Below are positions 56,273-64,000 of a stretch of DNA of 64,000 nucleotides, one piece after another (position 1 is the stretch's first letter; every line of letters starts with the position of its first letter). The stretch is from IMG/VR virus record IMGVR_UViG_2912889086_000006, positions 1-64,000 of that record. One strand, 5' to 3'. Made by a program: the position numbers and the translations under genes. The notes beneath the pieces were generated by a model. That model saw only the letters and a program-made list of their open reading frames with translations. It made no database searches and had not been told where the DNA came from. This DNA comes from an uncultured virus (IMG/VR IMGVR_UViG_2912889086_000006) (Duplodnaviria > Heunggongvirae > Uroviricota > Caudoviricetes).

Positions 56273-59200
56273 TTGAGTCAACAGTTGAAAATTGTAGTAA
56301 CTCCCGTTGCTGATACTTCCACTCAATCGGTTGAACAAATTAACAAGCAGCTTAAAACACTACAATCCAAGTTAAACTACCTTCAACTCAAAACGAATAT
56401 TGATGCTTCCGCTCTAAAAACCCTCAAAGAATTCTCTTCTGCAGTTGAAACATATCAAAAAAATCTTAAGAATTACAATCAGACAGTTAAAGAAACACAA
56501 ACGGTCATTAAGAATGCTGACGGTACAACTGAAAAAATCATTCAGCAACACAAAAAGAATGGTGAAATACTTCAGCGAGAAATTAAGACGATTGATAATC
56601 GAAATCAAAAGATTCGTCAAGAAGCTCAGGAAACAGCAAAATTAACATCTGAAATTCAGAAACTTGGACAAGCTCAGAAGATTATTGAACGGCAAAATGC
56701 TCAGGGTGTAAAAACAGGATCAACTCAGAAAAACCGTGACGGTTTTAGGGATATTACGTACAATCTCGATCAAAACGGTAATATTAAAAACTCAACCACT
56801 GTAACAAATCTTGATCAACAAAGAAAGGCAATTGAACAGCTTAGAGCAAGCTTGCAAAAATTAAAAGAGCAAGGGCAACTGTCTGAAGTCACCCTCTCTT
56901 CTCTTGGACGAAAAATTAATTTAGCTCAGTCTACAGAACAGATTGAAGCACTCAGAGCCAAGCTTAAGACTCTTGATGACAAGTCAGCAGCAGTTGCAAA
57001 AACTAAAGAGATTGAAAGGCAGTTAGAACTATATAGAAGACAAGCCCAGGTAAATACTCAGAACCTGCAAAACAGATACGGCAGCTCATTGAGCAATGCA
57101 AGTAATCAACAACTTCATCAGTATTTGAATTCTGTTAATCAATTGACTGCAAGGACACCTAATCTAACAAATCAGATGGCTAGTCTTAATATGCAGTTTA
57201 GGGAAATGTCATCAAACATTGCTGCTACTACAAGGCAGACAATGGGTTTTGGTGAGCAGCTTCAAGTAGCAATGTCCCGCGTGCCTGTGTGGATGGCATC
57301 TATGACACTTTTTTACATGCCAATAAGATTGCTATCAGATCTCACCAGTCAAGTTATATCGCTTGACACTCAAATGACTGGCTTACGACGGGTTATGGAC
57401 TTACCTGATTATAAGTTTAACGAGCTTCTTCAAAGATCTATTGACTTGAGCGATGAGTTAGCAAACAAGACTTCAGATGTTCTTACCATAATGAACGAAT
57501 TTGGGCGTATGGGTTACAAAGATGATGAGTTATTGGATCTAACCAAGACAGCTCAAATGATGGAGAACATTAGTGAACTACAACCTGAAGATACCGTTAA
57601 AGCTCTCACAGCAGCGATGGTCAACTTCGGAATTCAATCTAAAGACAGCTTAAAAATCGCCGATGCATTGAACGAAGTTGACAATAATTTCCAAACAAGC
57701 ACATTGGATTTAGCTCAATCAATGAGAAAGTCAGCTGCCGCTGCAAAAGTATATGGCGTGAGTATGGAAGAGTTATTGGGATTAAGCTTAGTCCTCCTTT
57801 ATAGCAATATAAAGGTAATAAACCTCTCTAATTGCTGGGAACTCCTTATGGGACAATCAGCAGCGAAGCCTCATCTGAGGAACGTTCAACGACTATCGTA
57901 TAGGCGGTGAAATTCCGCAAAACGAGTAGGGCGCAAGCTATTGGCGTGGGTGAGAACCCCTTAAATCGAAACGGGAGGCATCCCAATGGGATGAAGATAT
58001 AGTCTAGACTTATAGGTAACTATAAGCAGTAAACAGCGCATACAATGTAGCGAGTTGTATGGAATGATTCGATACTACAGCCATTCAATCATCCACTAAA
58101 GAAAGTGGTAACATTGTCGGTAAAATGATTGCTGACATTAAATCTCTTCTGATTGACTTGGAACTCCTAACGTTTAGTCGAGGACGACAAGGGGCAAGCG
58201 TAATGGTAGCCTGAACGACTGAGTGAAGAGACACAGAAATGTGAAGCGACAGTCTGAACTCTATGGAAACATAGAGAGTGAGGTTGAAGCGCCTCACCGC
58301 CATTTATAATGGTCAGTAGCCTTTTGGTGAAAGTAACAGAATTGAACGCCTTAAAAACAATATTTGCCAGAATCCAAACAAATGGAGCAGCAATTAAAAG
58401 TCTTGAGAGTGTAGGAATTGCAGTTAAAGATGTTGGTGGAGAAGCAAGACCTGTCTCTGATATACTCGAGGAACTCGCTTCTAAGTGGGATAGTCTCTCT
58501 GAAGCACAGAAGCAGCAAATCGGGGTTTCATCAGCAGGTATGTTTCAAAATACTCGATTAATTATAGTCGCCTTATACAGTAATGTATAAGTGAAAACCC
58601 AGTGAACCCTATTGCTCAGGGGTGTGTCCTTATCAAAGGATGCTAACGGTGGAACTCTAAGGGAGAAATCCTATGACAATACCGTGCCAAGCCTTGGTTA
58701 CTAGGAAGGTGTAACGACTAGCCTAACGGCGTAGAACAGACATTGAGCTACTGTTCAAAGTGCTGGGCATCCTTTTAGGATGAAGATATAGTCTAGTCCC
58801 CTACTTAAATATCGGGAAACCGAGGGTATAAACGTTTTAGCGCTCATGGAGCAATGGAGTACGGCTGCCAAGGCCACAACTACTGCAATTAACAGCCAGG
58901 GATCTGCGATGCGCGAGCAAGAACGCTACTCTGAAAGTTTGGAAGGACGCCTAAACAGATTATCTGCTGCTTGGACAGGTCTTGCAGCAAATGCAGGTGA
59001 TGCTTTCCTTTCTGATGGGATAATAGCTTTTGCCGAAGCATTAAGAGACATCGTTCAAGTCGGCGGGGAAGTTATAAAAACGATTGGATTCTTACCGAGT
59101 ATTTTTGCTTTAGCAAGTACTGCCACTCTTCTTCTTAGTAAAAATGTAAGAATACTTGCAACCACACTTGTGCTCGGTACTTCTGCAATGAGACAAGAAA

Positions 59201-62200
59201 CACTTGCAAGCATAGGTCTAAGTACAGGTATGACTCGTGCAGCAGTGGCATCGAATCTATTGAAAACTGCACTTAGGGGATTAATGGTTGCGACGGTTGT
59301 CGGTGCTGGTTTCATGGCTTTAGGCTTCGTAATCGAAAAACTTGTCTCTGCTTATTCTGATGCTAAACAAGAACAAGAAAAGCTTGCAGAGTCACAAAAG
59401 AAAAGCGTTGAAGCAATAACCACAAATAAAGAACAGACCGATCAGTTAATACAAAAATATAAAGAGCTGCAAAAAGCTAAAGATAAAGGCACCCTTTCCG
59501 CTGATCAAGAACAAGAATACCTTCAAGTAACGCAACAATTAGCTCAGACGTTCCCTAATTTGATTTCTGGCTATGACTCCCAAGGTAATGCCATCATTAA
59601 AAATAATGAAGCGTTAGAAGATGCCATAAAATACACCAAAGAATTAGCCGAATTAAACAAAAAAGACATACAAACTGGCGCAAATAGCAACTTTAAAGAA
59701 ACCCTGAGTGATATCAGTAAGCTGACTGATGAGATGAAAGAGTACCAAAAAGTTGCAGACCATTATAAAAACAATGATCGGCCATTCTGGGACATCTTCG
59801 ACAGCGACAGTGATTATAAAAACTTTGGAATTAAAGCTGAACAGCAAGCTCTTCAAGTCAATCAGAAGTTATCTAGTTCTCAAGCTAAACTTAGAGAACA
59901 GGTGCTACAAACTGTTGACGCTTATAACTCCATTAAAATCAACCCTCAGTTAACCAAAGATATTAACGAAGCCTTCAATAAAATTGACTTCAGTAAGATG
60001 AATTCTGATGAATTAGAGTCGTTTTCCATTAATGTTTCAAAATACATGGATGACATTCAGAAAGCATTAGAATCAGGAAATAAAGTTGATTTCTCAAGAG
60101 CATCTCAAGCACTTCAGAATTTAATTAACCAACAAATCAAAGGTTCTGATGAAGCTGATAAGCTTTCCCTATCATATGATGATCTTAAAGATGCACTTGA
60201 CTCTACAAAAAATGCTGCTGATTCTGCAAAGATCACTTGGGATGAGAATGGTGAAGGCGTAAACGAATTAACCGGAGAAGTTGAAGATTTAAGTCAAAAG
60301 CTCAAGGATGCCAAAGGTGATCTAGAGGCAATAAAAGCTGTAATGGACGATTTGGTGGCTTCTCAACAAACAGAGCTAGCTATTTCTGCCCTTCAAAATG
60401 AAGCATATGATTCTTTTGCCGACTCCATCTCCCCTCTCAATGAACTGCTTGAGAAAATGGCAGAAGGAAAAAGTATCTCAGCTGCTGAAGCAATGAAACT
60501 GGTTCAAAAAGAAAAAGACTTGGCTGGAGCTATTAGTGTTGAAAACGGCGTAGTTAAATTGAACCGAGATGCTATCATAAAACTACGTGATGCAAAACTT
60601 AAAGCATACAACGATATGCAAAAGTCAGTTAAACAGGATCTAATAAACCAGGCAAACGCAACAGTTAAGAAAATAAAGAACTATGGTTTAGAAGTCAAAT
60701 CAATCCAGACTGTTGCCGATGCCCAAGCCAACCTTTCCAAAATGAGAAAAGAAGTAGACACATTAATGGAAAGTGGCAATATCCAGATGGCAATGCCAGT
60801 CATTAAAGAAATAAATGAATTGAGCGACGTCACTGGACAGTTAGAAGATCTGGATAAAATGGCTGAATTGGCCAACTCATCTTTAAATGAAGTTGGTACA
60901 TCCCTCGAGAAATATTCTGACGAACAAGAAAAAGCCAGCAAAGAAACTGAGAAATCCAAATACGTCATTGATAAATATAAAGAAGCTCTTGAAAAAGTAA
61001 ATGCGGAAATTGAGAAATACAACAAGCAAACCAATGATTATCCTAAATGGTCACAAAAATACAGAGATGCAATCAATAAGGAAATCAAGGCATTAGAGCG
61101 TAAGAAAAAGCTAATGCAAGATCAGATTAAACTGCTGAAACAGCAAATCAAATCTGGTTATATTCCTCAAACTGGACTTGTTACCTCCTCTTCCTCTTCT
61201 GGTTCTTCATCAGGCTCATATTCTCCTGGAGGATCATATTCCGGAAAATACTCTTCTTATATTAATGCTGCAGCAAGCAAATATGGTGTTGACCCTGCAC
61301 TAATCGCTGCGATTATTAAACAAGAATCAAACTTCAATGCCAAAGCTCGTTCTGGCGCTGGAGCAATGGGTTTGATGCAACTCATGCCTGGTACTGCAAA
61401 AAGTCTAGGTGTAAAAAATGCATATGATCCATACCAAAACATTATGGGCGGTACCAAATATATTGCTCAAATGTTAAACAAGTTTGGAGGGAACATCGAG
61501 AAAGCTTTAGCTGCTTACAACGCGGGGCCAGGAAACGTAATTAAATATGGTGGCACCCCTCCTTTTAAAGAAACGCAAAATTACGTTAAGAAAGTACTCT
61601 CTAACTACAATAAGAGCTTATCAACAGCGACTTCAAAGATCGCAAATTATTACACGAGCAGCAATGGATTTAGAGTAAGTTCAAAGTTTGGAGCGAAAGA
61701 GAGTGGTCTCCGCTCCTCCCCTCACAAAGGAACCGACTTTGCAGCTAAAGCGGGCACCCCTGTAAAAGCATTAAAAGCTGGTAAAGTCATAACCGCTACC
61801 TATTCAAAAACAGCAGGTAACTGGGTTGTTGTTCAACAAGACGATGGAACAGTTGCAAAATATATGCACATGCAAAACGGCCTTAAAGTTAAGAAAGGTG
61901 ATGTTGTATCTGCTGGCCAAGCAATAGGTAAAGTAGGAAGTACTGGACACTCAACAGGAAACCACCTCCACCTACAAATTGAACAAAATGGCAAACCAAT
62001 TGACCCAGAAAAGTATATGCAGGGTTTAACCTCAGATCTTTCTCAGTCTGAAGCTGAAAGACAACAAGCCCTTTCACAGGCAAAATCGGATTTAATCGGT
62101 TTGCAAGGTGATTTAGACGCAGTTAATGATCAAATTCAAGATCTGCAATACGAATTGGTTCAATCCAAGCTTGATGAATTTGATAAACGGAAATCTGATC

Positions 62201-63717
62201 TAGAAGTCAAAATTGCTCAAAATGAGTCTTTGGCCAAACGCTATCTTTCTGACAGCAAAGAATTTCGCAAATATACAAATGAGCAGAAGAAAGCTGTTGA
62301 TGAGCAACGCAAAATTCAACAGCAAAAAATTAACTGGATCAACAAAGAGTTAAAAACAAATAAAAAACTTAACTATGCTCAACGCGATCAACTAAGAGAA
62401 GAACTGAAACAGGCTAAATTAGATCTCATCTCCTTACAAGATCAAGTCAGAGAGCTGCAAGGGGAACTAATTCAGTCACAGGTTGACCAGACACTCAATA
62501 ATATTGAGAAATCTGTTAAGAAAACTGAATCCAAGCTTAAAGATGTTGATATCAAGATTCAAATGACTGAGGATGACAATCAAAAAGTCAAGTACTACAG
62601 TCAGCAAATAAAATTGATTCAACAGCAACAAGCTGAAGCAAAAAAGTACATTAAGCAACTTGAAGCACAGAAAAAGGCAGCTAAAGGTTTCCCTGACATC
62701 CAGAAACAAATCACAGAGGAAATTGAAAACTGGAAGGATAAACAGAAGGAATACAACCTGGAGCTTTATAACACCAAGAAGTCCATTAAAGATATCTATA
62801 AATCACTCGCAGATGAAGTCGTTTCAATTTATAAAGAAATGTACGAAAAGATGCGTGATATTGAGCTGGAAGCACATCGAAAAGCAACTCAAGATATAAT
62901 CGATGAAATTGATAAAGAAGACGACGAAGCCAAGTTCCAGAAATCCCTTAAAGAAAAACAGGATGCCATTCAAGAAACAAAAGACAAGATAAGCAAACTG
63001 TCTCTCGATGATTCAGATGAGGCAAAAGCAAAACTAAAAGATTTAGATAAGCAACTCCAAGAACAACAACAAGATCTTGATGAATTTTTAAAGGATCGTG
63101 AGAATTCTAAACGTAAAGAAGCATTACAGGATCAACTTGAAAAAGATGAGAAATCAATAAACACCAAGTATGATGATCTTGTCAACGACGAAAGAGCATT
63201 TAAAAAGCTTGAGGATAAGTTGATGAATGGAAAGATTACCGATATCGCCAAGCAGCTTAATGAGTTTTCAAAGTTCATTAACAGCAACATGGAATCTATT
63301 GGTAAGAGCATCTCCAACAATCTAATTGATAAGCTTAAAGAAGCCTCCAAAGCTTTAAATGTTGTAGTCGCTGGAAACACCACAGGTAAAAAAGTTGCCT
63401 CTTTTGATGTTGGTGGCTATACAGGAACATGGGGCAGTTCGGGAAGACTTGCAATGCTCCATGAGCAAGAACTTGTTTTAAATAAAGCTGATACAAGCAA
63501 TGTTTTGAAAATTGTTGAGCTCACCCGAAACATTTTTGGAGATATCCAAACAAAAGCTGCAATCCCTTCCCCTAATGCTACATCTAATCAAACGACAAGT
63601 AACCAAACATTTAATTTTAACTTTAATGTAGATAAGATGACTGGCTCTAAAGATGATGCAAATAAATTCTTAGGAGAAGCATTTAACATTGTATCAGCTA
63701 GAGGGGTTAAAATTTAG
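56273..63717 (+). CDS. yomI: tape measure protein/cell-wall hydrolase CwlP, four exons: 56273-57782, 58072-58121, 58345-58558, 58835-63717 (2218 aa spliced)
   Basis: Exon lengths 1510+50+214+4883=6657 nt, one open frame reading …[31 protein letters not shown]…QNTR-F-LALMEQW…; SLT (QESNF…GLMQLMP) and M23 (HKGTD…HLH) domains. Confidence 0.92.
57783..58071 (+). ncRNA. group I intron 1 (IA-like, ORF-less, 289 nt)
   Basis: P1 GGGAU/GUCCU with U.G at 57782/57791; P AAUUGCUGGGAA, Q AAUCAGCAGC, R GUUCAACGACUA, S AAGAUAUAGUCU; terminal G 58071. Confidence 0.93.
58122..58344 (+). ncRNA. group I intron 2 (lacks P7 insertion, ORF-less, 223 nt)
   Basis: 7-bp P1 UGUCGGU/GCUGACA; P3 UCUCUUC/GAAGAGA; R CUGAACGACUG, S AAGCGACAGUCU (P7 GACUG/CAGUC); terminal G 58344. 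Confidence 0.9.
58559..58834 (+). ncRNA. group I intron 3 (IA-like, ORF-less, 276 nt)
   Basis: P1 CGAU/GUCG with U.G; P CUAACGGUGGAA, Q AAUACCGUGC, R GUGUAACGACUA, S AAGAUAUAGUCU; terminal G 58834. Confidence 0.92.
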
Positions 63718-63774
63718 AGTCGGCAAAATGTCGACTCTTTCTGTTTTTTTTGAAAGGATGGTGATATATCGTCA

Positions 63775-64000
63775 ATGATAAGAGAGAGCCTGTACTTTAT
63801 TTTCGGGAACGAAAAATCCACAGATATGGGTGTTGAAAACGTCAATACTGATGGAGGGTTAGTTGAAGAAACATTTCTAGCTACCTCATCAATTAATGAA
63901 ACCTCCATCAAGGGTAATGATACACCCTTCTATGAAGGGAAAAAACGTGAACCAAAGCAATTCAATCTTAATTTTTATATAAAGGATCACTGGAATCAAA
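63775..64000 (+). CDS. yomH: distal tail protein (5' part, truncated by window end)
   Basis: MIRESLYFIFGNEKSTDMGVENV… open to window end, directly after TMP. Confidence 0.75.
   Translation, partial: MIRESLYFIFGNEKSTDMGVENVNTDGGLVEETFLATSSINETSIKGNDTPFYEGKKREPKQFNLNFYIKDHWNQ

Larger units (their letters stand above)
1..64000. mobile_element. SPbeta-like Bacillus prophage (internal portion; no att site seen in window)
   Basis: YonO-like RNAP, HU, terminase, portal, capsid and tail genes, YomM-like recombinase and tape measure with SLT+M23 domains, in SPbeta yon/yom order; AT-rich. Confidence 0.95.

Noticed and set aside
58085..58303. Minus-strand 72-aa ORF as an intron-encoded endonuclease
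   Set aside because: Antisense to the intron, spans an exon boundary, too short and has no nuclease motif
56273..58845. Tape-measure gene as a frameshifted pseudogene (defective prophage)
   Set aside because: The interruptions are group I introns whose removal restores the frame exactly

Overview
This window is the central part of an SPbeta-like (Spbetavirus-type) Bacillus prophage, recognised from protein sequences and gene order. From 1 to 12.6 kb lies a minus-strand accessory/early arm. It holds a HEPN-like plus RES gene pair, many small genes separated by a recurring palindrome, an HTH repressor with four operator-bearing promoters, a pistol ribozyme, a GIY-YIG/YonV-like locus and a YonT-like type I toxin. 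Next comes a moron with a subtilase, a secreted toxin and an immunity gene. A plus-strand block follows: YonO-like RNA polymerase, HU, a structured-RNA/tRNA-Trp cluster interrupted by an IS1182-family element, yonK/J, a bacteriocin-like moron and the head/tail genes (yonG to yomM). An accessory island then carries a NYN RNase with a small RNA, a cargo-carrying ISL3, membrane proteins, a DUF4062/TIR-like protein, yomJ and a free-standing endonuclease. The window ends in the tape-measure/CwlP gene. The standout result is that the tape-measure gene is split by three tandem ORF-less group I introns (57783-58071, 58122-58344, 58559-58834); removing them precisely restores a 2218-aa reading frame. 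SPbeta gene symbols rest on remembered sequence similarity and synteny, not on a database search.
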